Source: Auanema rhodensis (taxonomy: Eukaryota > Animalia > Nematoda). From it: a stretch of 64,000 nt of DNA. Positions within the stretch are counted from its first letter, which is position 1, and each line of letters begins with the position of its first letter. This document shows positions 27,948-38,400 of the stretch, in pieces. The translations under genes were made by a program, and so were the position numbers. The DNA lies in assembly GCA_964057225.1 (NCBI GenBank), contig OZ059899.1:11036001-11100000 (forward strand), read 5' to 3'. Below the pieces are notes generated by a model. It made no database searches and was not told where the DNA came from. It saw nothing but the letters and a program-made list of their open reading frames with translations.

Positions 27948-28021
27948 TGCCGCCAGCAGGGGTCGAACCTGCGACCTTGGGCTTATTAGACCCACGCTCT
28001 AACCGACTGAGCTATGGCGGC
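27948..28021 (-). tRNA. tRNA-Ile(AAT)
   Basis: Same as 642-715. Confidence 0.95.
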
Positions 28022-28357
28022 TACGAAAGTACGAAATAACAAAGCGCTGATTATAGGAAACGTGAATGAATGCAGATATTCTCAATTCCGATTCATTAAC
28101 TAGATCGTGGTCAGCATTTTACAACATTGATAAAATAGAAACTGAGAAAAAAACATCAACAAATGACACTATTAACTTGGTTTTTTTAACAGCTTTTTTA
28201 TATTTCTTTTTTCACTATGAGAGAACTTATATTTATTGCTTTTTTAAAATTTTCCATTTTCAACATTATACATCTTGACTATCACACATTGAGAACAAAG
28301 TTGGCAATGTTGGTTGTCACGTCATATTTCATGAAAAACAGAAATTTAAAAAATATT

Positions 28358-28431
28358 TGCCGCCAGCAGGGGTCGAACCTACGACCTTGGGCTTATTAGA
28401 CCCACGCTCTAACCGACTGAGCTATGGCGGC
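28358..28431 (-). tRNA. tRNA-Ile(AAT), T-stem C>T variant
   Basis: GCAGG changed to GTAGG, giving a U-G wobble in the T stem. Confidence 0.9.
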
Positions 28432-28501
28432 TACGAAAGTACGAAATAACAAAGCGCTGATTATAGGAAACGTGAATGAATGCAGATATTCTCAATTCCG
28501 A

Positions 28502-28744
28502 TGTGGCGTTATACCGCAAGTGTATAGTATGGTTGGAAGTAAAACACAAAGCGAATATGTAGAAAAAGGTTTATTGATGAATTAACAAGACAAGCACGGA
28601 ATAGAATCACTGACTGCGAACGTGGAAAAATGTAAGACTGTCCTCCGTTGTTGGGCGGTCTTCTGAAATAAACTGTTACTTATGCCACATGTTAACACAT
28701 ATGTTATGCATATGTGTTTTGATCTAGTTACAAAGGAAGGAGAT

Positions 28745-28796
<52 letters not shown>

Positions 28797-28853
28797 ATAT
28801 ATATAGAGAGAGATAGAGATAACAAAAACAAAACCTACTCGCTTATCGCGACA
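28502..28853 (-). mobile_element. Solo LTR, second family (copy 3 of 5, expanded GA tract)
   Basis: Same sequence, site and TCCGA TSD. Confidence 0.85.
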
Positions 28854-29381
28854 TCCGATTCATTAACTAGATCGTGGTCAGCATTTTACAACATTGATAA
28901 AATAGAAACTGAGAAAAAAACATCAACAAATGACACTATTAACTTGGTTTTTTGAACAGCTTTTTTATATTTCTTTTTTCACTATGAGAGAACTTATATT
29001 AATTGCTTTTTCAAAATTTTCCATTTTTAACATTATACATCTTGACTATCACACATTGAGAACAACAGTTGGCAATGTTGGTTGTCACGTCATATTTCAT
29101 GCAGTTAGATTTTCAGACACATTAATACCTTTGACCATTCTTCTTATGAGTTTTGTAACGATAGATCGTAATAGGAAATGAATTGCTATAATATGAAAAA
29201 ATACAAGACATAGTCAACATTGATTTCCGAAAATAGTATCATGTTTGCTTGTTATTCAATTAGAACACTTATTTTTTGATTGTTTTCTTGAAATATTCTT
29301 TTTTTTTCTTTAACAAAGTTATGACTGAGATCAAAATTTGAACTTACTTTTGAACAATTAAACAGAAATATAAAAAATATT

Positions 29382-29455
29382 TGCGGCCAGCAGGGGTCGA
29401 ACCTGCGACCTTGGGCTTATTAGACCCACGCTCTAACCGACTGAGCTATGGCGGC
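29382..29455 (-). tRNA. tRNA-Ile(AAT), G70C variant
   Basis: C3-C70 mismatch. Confidence 0.9.
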
Positions 29456-30048
29456 TACGAAAGTACGAAATAACAAAGCGTTGATTATAGGAAACGTGAA
29501 TGAATGCAGATATTCTCAATTCCGATTCATTAACTAGATCGCGGTCAGCATTTTACAACATTGATAAAATAGAAACTGAGAAAAAAACATCAACAAATGA
29601 CACTATTAACTTGGTTTTTTGAACAGCTTTTTTATATTTCTTTTTTCACTATGAGAGAACTTATATTTATTGCTTTTTCAAAATTTTCCATTTTTAACAT
29701 AATACATCTTGACTATCACACATTGAGAACAACAGTTGGCAATGTTGGTTGTCACGTCATATTTCATGCAGTTAGATTTTCAGACACATTAATACCTTTG
29801 ACCATTCTTCTTATGAGTTTTGTAACGATAGATCGTAATAGGAAATGAATTGGTATAATATGAAAAAATACAAGACATAGTCAACATTGATTTCCCCAAA
29901 TAGTATCATGTTTGCTTGTTATTCAATTAGAACACTTATTTTTTGATTGTTTTCTTGAAATATTCTTTTTTTTTCTTTAACAAAGTTATGACTGAGATCA
30001 AAATTTGAACTTACTTTTGAACAATTAAACAGAAATTTAAAAAATATT

Positions 30049-30095
30049 TGCCGCCAGCAGGGGCGAACCTGCGACCTTGGGCTTATTAGACCCAC
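30049..30095 (-). pseudogene. 3' part of a tRNA-Ile gene split by the LTR element
   Basis: tRNA sequence stops at CCAC|TGTCAC; also has a 1-nt deletion in the T loop/B box (ggggcgaacc vs ggggtcgaacc). Confidence 0.9.
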
Positions 30096-30476
30096 TGTCA
30101 CATCTGCAAGCACATGGTAAACATGTGCGCGCTATTCAAATAGCGGGAGCCTGAACAAGCCCCGCCTACAACATGGGACACACATGGCACTCTTGCTTCT
30201 GGCCTAACCCAGATAGGTTGTCTTATAGTCATGTGAGTCTCATCTCTATATCATCTATATATATACTCTATTTAATACTTTATCATATCTCTTTATATTC
30301 TTTCTTAATGTAATTCTTATATTGTATTTTCTTGTTATCTGATAATGAATCCTTTTCTCTTTGAGTATTTGTCTTAATAAGGAAATCGGAGCGTTCGGGT
30401 CTGCCTACCTAAGGAACAAGGTAGAAGTACATATATCTTCCGACCATGAAAAGACGGGAAGAAACAATATGTAACG
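30096..30476 (+). repeat. 5' LTR (381 bp)
   Basis: Direct repeat of 39636-40016 with 7 mismatches. Confidence 0.95.
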
Positions 30477-30489
30477 TGGAGGTTCCACC
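30477..30489 (+). promoter_or_regulatory. Primer binding site, tRNA-Gln
   Basis: TGGAGGTTCCACC immediately after the LTR. Confidence 0.8.
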
Positions 30490-31500
30490 TTGCTTACTCT
30501 ACTGTTAATTTATTGACAGCAAGTTTACGAGACTTTTGGACTTAATTACCCAACAGTGAGGAGTAACCGAGCCGTGCACCATGATTTCCCCAAAAATTAT
30601 TTTGGCTACCACTTCTCCTCCGCTCAACGAAAACTGGGAGGTGTCTGAGACGTTTGGGGAAACTATCAGACAATAGTTTTGACGAGCGTTACCTTTTTTT
30701 TATGCACGCGCGTGCTATTTTGATTCATTACTTTATGATGTGAATGTCCAGTGTGGCAACAGAGCTCACTTTTTAGCTGAGTTGTTTGGAAGCTGGAGGC
30801 TGTTGGGATAATTTTATTTACGATTTTTTGATTTTGATTCACATCCAAGGGTTCATCAGGGTTCTACTCCTGTTAACTCTTTTCTTATTAGTTCAGAGAT
30901 AATAAGAATATTTAAATTCCTACCCACCCAAGTCCACTCTACGTCTGCCAACGTTTCCTTTTTCCTATATTATTGACAGATTACTGAATTTAAATTCCTA
31001 TATCAATCTTAAATTACCTTCTAAATCTTTTGAAATTAAATTAAAAATTATCTTAATTAAGATTTATTTTGAAATTCTTTCTACAAATCTTAATAAACTT
31101 TATAAAATTGAACTTAATATACGAGATGAGACATTTTTGTTTACTTTAAGCTTACTCACATTCAAATAGTTGGCTCACGCGTACCAGCTGTTCGGCATGT
31201 GTAGTCAATAACAGCTGTTAAAATTCAAAAGTTTTCAAACAGGCTTAAGGCACCATCTGTGATTCCTTATTTGTCTCTAAGCTGACATAAGTGATTATAA
31301 TATTCAAATATCACGACAGACGGTCAATGGTTGTTTACCATAAGCGCTAACATCTGGTGTCGTGACACATGGCTGGAGGCGGAGCTTGAAGCTTCAACGA
31401 TCCTCCTTCATCAGACGCCATTGTCACAAACGTTTTTACTGGAGTCTAGTTGCTTCCAGTACGCGCTCTTATATTCATCTAACTGTATTCACCAGCCACC

Positions 31501-32520
31501 CTGTCGGACTCGGACATCAGCGAGGAAAACAAAGATCAGGAACAAGGATCACCAGAGGTACGCCAAGTTTTTGAATTTAATTCTAAAAACTTAAATACTC
31601 CATCCACCTACCTCTCTCCTTTTGAATTTTTGAGAGAAGAAGGTGATTCCTCTTCTTCTTCTCATTCTTCTTCTCTAACAATTAGAACGAGAAGTAAAAG
31701 CAGAAAGGCCATCACTGAGGAAACACCTCGGGCACCTACTACAGTACGAAATAGATCACCAAGTCGGTGGGCCGCTGCTATAACTAAAGCTTTTGAAAGA
31801 AAAATGACTCCTACCTCTCCATCTCCTAATTCTAATGTTGCTCCACCCTCTAGAAATATGGCAACTATTTTAAATTGCCATCTCTGTCCCAGGTATGACG
31901 GCTCTCGTAGCTTTCGTTCTTTTGTTGAATCTTTAAATAGATTTTTTAATGTTATGAATCTAAGCTTACCTGAGAGACTATTAATTTTGCCTCTTCTTTT
32001 GGAATCAAATGAAACAGCTCTCTCCTTGTATAATAGTATTCCTAGTGGCATAAGAACTAATGGCCCATGGATTGTTTTGATGGATCAGCTCACTGAGCTT
32101 TTAGCGCCTAAAACAGATAAAAATTTCACCATAGCGCTTATTCATCGAGTACAACAAGGAGATAAATCTGTTCTTGATTTTAGTATGGAATTAGAGAGAA
32201 TGGCAAGCACCATAATGTCACCAATGGATCCCGAGCGGGAACCAATGTTGAAAACGGCATTTTTAAATGGTTTAAAAGAGGAACTGGGTATTGCGGTTTT
32301 AACTAAAAACCCCGCCACTTATGAACAAGCTAAGAAATTAGCTAGGTTTGAAGAAGGCGTTCGGAATAGCTTCATGAAAAGAAATGAAGACACCAGCACC
32401 TTGAAGGAGCTCATAAATGCTTTACAACATAAATTAAGCTTTAGTGAAGAAAGAGAAAGAAGTAGGAATAATAATAATAATAAAAATTATAAAAATAATA
32501 AAAATAATAAAAAAAAATAA
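31501..32520 (+). CDS. gag: Gag (capsid domain); continues after a +1 shift into the N/R-rich region 32520-32776
   Basis: Retrotransposon CA motifs PRYDGS..F..F, W..LMDQL, MHR-like QQGDKSVLDF; frame is open from 31501, where this copy has GCCACC-CTG and the sister copy GCCACC-ATG (16588). Confidence 0.85.
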   Translation: MSDSDISEENKDQEQGSPEVRQVFEFNSKNLNTPSTYLSPFEFLREEGDSSSSSHSSSLTIRTRSKSRKAITEETPRAPTTVRNRSPSRWAAAITKAFERKMTPTSPSPNSNVAPPSRNMATILNCHLCPRYDGSRSFRSFVESLNRFFNVMNLSLPERLLILPLLLESNETALSLYNSIPSGIRTNGPWIVLMDQLTELLAPKTDKNFTIALIHRVQQGDKSVLDFSMELERMASTIMSPMDPEREPMLKTAFLNGLKEELGIAVLTKNPATYEQAKKLARFEEGVRNSFMKRNEDTSTLKELINALQHKLSFSEERERSRNNNNNKNYKNNKNNKKK

Positions 32521-33445
32521 TAACTGGACTCAGCACAATAATGGCTCTAATGATTATGAGCGAGAGAGAGAGCGACCTTCTGCCGTACGTTATAAGAATA
32601 ATAACTCGCAGAACGGGAATATGAATAGGCGTCCTAACCCGGGAAACCGCCCATTTGCCAATGGCAGAAATGCCAATAGCTCGTCTTGGAACCCTAGGCC
32701 TAGTTCCCCAAGAAGACAAAGACCATCAGCCAATGGGAATGGTAACTCAAGGGTATACAGCGTAGCGACCCCATTCATGCCACCGGTCACGTTGTGCCTG
32801 ACTTTATTGGCACTCTCATGCCTTCCCTTTGGGTCGGCAAAATATCAGATTTGCGCTCAATCTGAAGGGGGTATATTAGTAACACCTCCTGTGGTCACAG
32901 GCTGCCATAAGGCAGAAATTGAAAAGGCTCACAGTGTTGAGGTAGAAATATATCTACCAAAGGCTGAGATAGAGTCATGGGAAGCATGGAAATGCTATGT
33001 GAAAAAGTATAAAAGCTGTGTGAGAGATTTCATGTTTTTGAGAGATCGTAACACCACATTCTCTCATATTGAAACAGTAGATAAGAAAGATTGTGTTCGA
33101 GCACATAGAAATCGTATGTGGAATGATAAAATCATGAATGCCCAACAGCATTCAGTTTTTGAAACACCATTAAACGAGCATAATCCAACTCGCTCTTGGT
33201 CCACTGAAGAATGTGTAGAAATTGAACAATTTGTATTGAAGCGAGGGATAATAACTAGATTGAAAGAAGATCACATTGTATCAGACTTATTTATAAATAC
33301 TGATAATTGTAAAGGAAATGAAGGGTTTTGTGCAACTGGTGAAGGTGCAGTTATCTGGCAACCACCTATCCCATCAGTTGTCTGTCACTATCAAAAACTT
33401 GGCCCCTTCTCCGCCATTACCTCAAAAACATCGCTCTTTCAGTGA
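32444..33445 (+). CDS. Gag C-terminal Asn/Arg-rich region + internal signal sequence + N-terminal part of envelope glycoprotein (frameshifted segment)
   Basis: NRRPNPGNRP basic low-complexity tract, hydrophobic TLCLTLLALSCLPFGSA, then a Cys-rich ectodomain with N-glycosylation sequon. Confidence 0.8.
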   Translation: MKKEKEVGIIIIIKIIKIIKIIKKNNNWTQHNNGSNDYERERERPSAVRYKNNNSQNGNMNRRPNPGNRPFANGRNANSSSWNPRPSSPRRQRPSANGNGNSRVYSVATPFMPPVTLCLTLLALSCLPFGSAKYQICAQSEGGILVTPPVVTGCHKAEIEKAHSVEVEIYLPKAEIESWEAWKCYVKKYKSCVRDFMFLRDRNTTFSHIETVDKKDCVRAHRNRMWNDKIMNAQQHSVFETPLNEHNPTRSWSTEECVEIEQFVLKRGIITRLKEDHIVSDLFINTDNCKGNEGFCATGEGAVIWQPPIPSVVCHYQKLGPFSAITSKTSLFQ

Positions 33446-35439
33446 TGATTATCTTTTTGTTAATGCGAAATCCCAACCATATGCGTTTCCATTTCTAAGA
33501 CCTACTTTCATTTTTGGATCTGCATCTATCACTAAGTTTTACGCAAAATATATGAGATATGCAGCTACATCATCTTATGAGAGTTTGCTCCAATTCGCGA
33601 TAGATAATCCACTGTTCATTGACACAATTGTTAGTTTAGGATTGACAAAAGATCACATAACTAACTGGGCAAAGTCTAATAATTTCAAAGATCCCAATCT
33701 TTTGATTTTACAATGTATGGGTATAGAGGAAATTAAACTGGCTACTAGACAGGTGATTAATAGCATGAAATTGGATGATCTTATCACTCAAGTAGCTCGT
33801 CGTATAGAAGTTCCTCGGTTAAAAAGATCGTTGATGAAATCTACAACATCCATAGAAGACTTCTTTCGAGGAATGGCTCACGCAGTAGTATATCAAGCCA
33901 CAATTCTTGATGGTACACAAACAGTTCCATCAATCGAACAGTTGGCCAGAGCCTTATATCCATCTATATTAGCACGCAGTGGAAATATGAATCAATCTGA
34001 AATTATTGCAACTGCTCAAGGCATGTTATTCATGATCCAACAACAATCGGGAAAAGAACAAATATCTCGTGACATGCAAGTCAGTCGACAACAAAAAGCT
34101 GATGCTACTGTTAGAAACAACCAAGAGCAAGATTTAGCAATTATATCCAAGCTGCCTGACTATCACAACCTTTATACAAAGAATAGTACAGCATATTATG
34201 GATTTCCTCCACAGTCCATCGAATACCCACAGGAAAATCCTAAATTCAATAAAACAGAAGTTTTAGAATTCATAAGTTGGGTTAAAACTCAAATCACAAC
34301 TGATAAAAATATGGTACAGCATACTACTGTAACCCCAATAACTGCCACCAAAACTACAATTCGTAGTTTAACAACTCCTACCCCTAATGCGTACGAGAGA
34401 GGTCGAGAGTTGTATGTAGCAGAAGTATATGACAATGTTCTCCACAAATCAGAGCATAAAACTAAAACGATAATAGATAATAAGTTGAATTATGGGTTTG
34501 AGAAAGCGCGTCTCTCCATAATTGACGAATTTCATCAACAGTTTCATACCATCTGTAAATCTCAAATGGAAACTGTAAAAAGCTGGCAAGCTATATTACG
34601 TATACATCCTACAATAGGAGTAAGAGCTATGCTTCAGCGGGATGATATCGTTGCCCGATTTGTTGGAAGAAATGTTTTAAAAATAACAACTTGTCAGGAA
34701 ATAGAACCACATTTCATTTATCGTAATCATTCTTACAATGATAAATGTTATGCAGAGACCCCTGTTTTAACACACGATAAACAATTATTCTTTGCTCCTA
34801 TCGATAGCTACGATTTGAGCACTGAAGGACATGAGATCAATTGTGAACACAAAGAGACAGAGATTTGGTATGAAAATGGAACATGGAGAGATTATAAAGG
34901 TGACACACATAAAGTAGATAGTATTCATTCAGAAAAACATGATCATTATGCTGAATTGAGTAAACTTCGATTCACAGGGCGGAATTTGTTTGAAAATTCG
35001 ACTGAAAAATCCTTAGCCCTATCTATTGGATTAACTTATGGTTATAGTTTATCTACTTCACCTCACCATGATCTTCTCCGCGTAATTTCTCGTTCACGTG
35101 ATTGGCCTCAAATTTCCTCTTTCATCTTGAAAGGAAGTAAACTTATAAGAGATGCCAGGAAAATTGTTTTCTCCAATTGGGATCTGTTCATTGACTTTTG
35201 TATAGGTTCAATTGAACGAACACTCATTACCATCGGTTGTATAACTCTGATATTATGTCTAATGATAGCATTATATTTCACTATAAAATGTTATCTCTCC
35301 CCTACTTCTATGTTAAAAATAAACCATATCATGTTGAGCCCAACAGCTCCACCACTTGAGGGAGATGAGATTCATGAAACAGTTAGTGATGAATTGATGC
35401 GGAGCTATTTTCCCACCATCATAACTTACATTCCTTTAG
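32777..35439 (+). CDS. env: Envelope glycoprotein, class III / herpesvirus gB-like (one frameshift near 33440)
   Basis: Signal-like peptide; RLKR furin site (33816-33827); Thr-rich tract; gB-like block IC..Q......ILRIHPTIGVRAMLQRDDIVARFVG..LKITTC...KCYAETPV; TM segment about 35220-35290; short tail with PTAP. Confidence 0.75.
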
Positions 35440-38400
35440 CCATACCTTTTGTATGTCACACAACAACAAAGAAAAATGGACACTTGTTACCGTTTGTTCA
35501 TATTGACATTGAAGGTAGAGGACTGTTAGCATTATGGGATTCTGGAGCTACTGTCTCATATATTCCGTTCTCCACATTGGCATATATTGGAAGACAATAT
35601 TTTACAAAATATTCTAAATCTGCATCCACTGCAAATGGATCAGAGTTTCGCTTTGTGGGAAAATGCAAGTTAGATGTGGGTATAGCAGGTTACCAAGTGG
35701 AACACGAATTTTTAATATCTGAAGACAATGACTGTCCAGGACAAATGTTACTTGGTACTGATTTTATGCGTACGTTGGAAGAAAGAGAGATATTTACTAC
35801 ATTAAAACTATGTAAAGGAAAGTTGATTGTTGGTAATATGGAAACACCCTTAGTAAAACCTGGTTGTTTTGCATATAAAACCACAACTAAAACAGTAAAT
35901 ATCATAAGTTTGTCCACAGTAACAGTTCCACCACATAGTACCTCCCACATATCTTTGCAAACAGGACCAGAATTAGATTTTGATCAATATGCTCTTTTAA
36001 AATCTAGCACAGGTCCTATCTCAATTCCAGATGCCGCCATAGGACCTTTTCCTATTACTATGGTAGTATCAAACAATTCTTCAAAGCCAATTAAAATTAA
36101 TAAAAATGACCACATTGGTTCAGGACTTATAGCATCTAAAGAAATTATGAACGATTATGTTCCACCTGAAGCTGATTGGGAAGATAAGTTACCAACTTTT
36201 CCTCAGCATCTTTTGGATGATTTGAACTTCAATTCTTGCACTCTGTCTCATAAAATGAAGAAAAATCTGATCACAATCATTAAGGAAAACCAAACGGCAT
36301 TTTTCAACCATGATCATAATATTGGTCTCTTTTGCGGACCAGTTGAACATGCCATTCCTATAAGATCTGATATGGATTTTCCAAAAAGTAGATCTTACAG
36401 AGTACCATTGGGTAAGCAAGAAGAAGTAGAACGGCAAGTGAAAGAAATGTTGTCGCAAGGTATAATCGAAAATTCGACGGCTACTTTCACTAGTCCGGTT
36501 GTTCTTGTGAAAAAGAAAGATAATTCTTTCCGGTTCGTTACTGACTTTAGAGCATTGAATAGTGTTACTAAGAAACAAACATACAGCATCCCACACATTC
36601 CTGATATCATAGACTTAGCGGCTGGAGCTCAGTTCTTTTCGAATTTTGATCTCATTTCTGGTTTCTTCCAAATACCGTTGAAACGCTCAGATAGATACTT
36701 AACTGCTTTTACCACTCCATCAGGTACCTATCAGTATTGCCGAATGCCTATGGGATTGTGTGGAGCGCCACACACTTTTCAATCCGCAGTACGATATTTG
36801 CAATCTCTTGTTAGATGCAAACTGTTTGTATATCTAGATGATTTGCTAATAATTTCGAACTCAGCTGAAGAACATTTAAGAGATATACAAGAAGTGCTGA
36901 AAAAGGTCACTGAACTAGGGTTAAAAATTAAGTTATCTAAATGTTGCTTTGCAGCCACTGAAGTAAAGTTTTTGGGTTTTGTAATAGGTAGAAATGGTGT
37001 TAAACCAGATCCTGCTAAGATAGAGGCTGTTTCCGAATTTCCAAATCCAAGTACAGTTACGGCTGTTAGATCCTTTCTAGGTATGACTAACTATTTTCGA
37101 CGGTTTATTCAAAATTATGCCGAAATAGCGGAGCCATTGTATAAGTTAACACATAAGGATACTCCTTTTGAGTGGAAATCGGAACATGCAGACGCATTTA
37201 AAACTTTAAAAACATTACTGTGTACTGCCCCTGTACTGAAACCTCCTAAAGCAGACCAACCTTTTGTTATAGAAAGTGATGGCAGTATGATCGCTGTGGG
37301 AGCAGTTTTATTGCAATCAGCAGAGAAAAATTCTCCATTACACCCGATTGCGTTCGCTAGTAGAAAGTTGACTCCAGCGGAACGGAAATATCCTCCTATT
37401 GAAGTTGAAGCACTCGGTTTAGTCTTTGCTCTTCAACAATTCCGTACCTATGTATTAGGAGTACCTACCACAGTTATCACAGATCACCGACCATTAACCA
37501 GTTTAATGTCGCGTAAAGATCTCATAGGTAGATTAGCCAAGTATCAACTAATGATACAAGATTTCAACATAAAGATTGAATATCGTCCTGGCAAATTAAA
37601 CAGTGTCTGTGATGCTCTCTCCAGGTATATAGGAAACGAAGCAAATGACAGTCGTCCTACTAAACCAAAGGACAAAGTAAAACCTGTTGATGCTTTTATT
37701 GCTCATATTACAACTATTTCTTCTATTGACCAACTAAATTGTGAAGAAATACGGAAAGTTCAAGCTGGAGTTCCCTGGATTCGCGAAGCACTTTCTCAAA
37801 TTAATAATGATAACTGTCCGGCTAATATATCAGACCGGTATGAAGAACGAGAAGGCATATTACATGCAAAACAAGCGAAAAATTATTTAAAACCATCTAT
37901 TATTTTGCCTCGAAACGACAAAATAACTGATGTTGTCATCAAATTTTTTCACGAAGATTCCAAAATTGGTGCACACCTAGGTATAAATAAAACTACTGAT
38001 GCGATTCGACGACGATTCTTTTGGACTAATATGGTTCCACAAATAACTGAATTTATTAATCGTTGTACAAAATGTGCAAGTAGGAAATCTAACCCACACC
38101 AATCGTATATTCAACCTATGGGAAGATTTGTTATACCCGAAAAGCCATTTGATCGTATTCATGTAGATATACTAGGTCCTTTACCTCGCACTAATGATGG
38201 ACATCGATACATCTTGAGTATTCAAGATGCTTTTAGTAAATGGGGAACAACTTGCCCATTAATAACACAAACGGCTACTGAAATCACAAAAGCGTTTGTA
38301 ATTAGATTTGTTTTCATATATGGACCACCAATGAGTATGATAACCGATAATGGTAGTAGCTTTTTGTCATCTGAATTTCAAGCTATGTGTAAACAATTTG

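Noticed and set aside
30477-30489. Idea that the element is primed by the array's tRNA-Ile
   Set aside because: PBS TGGAGGTTCCACC matches tRNA-Gln; an Ile PBS would read TGGTGCCGCCAGC
31362-31557. GTG-started ORF in frame with pol after the 31558-35439 splice (foamy-virus-like spliced pol mRNA)
   Set aside because: No ATG in that frame after the stop at 31341; the Kozak-context start is in the gag frame, which is out of frame with pol at this junction
33437-33442. TTTCAG acceptor as an intron-based fix for the env frameshift
   Set aside because: Needs a phase-2 donor; the nearby GT candidates I checked (33339, 33345, 33377) are phase 1 or 0
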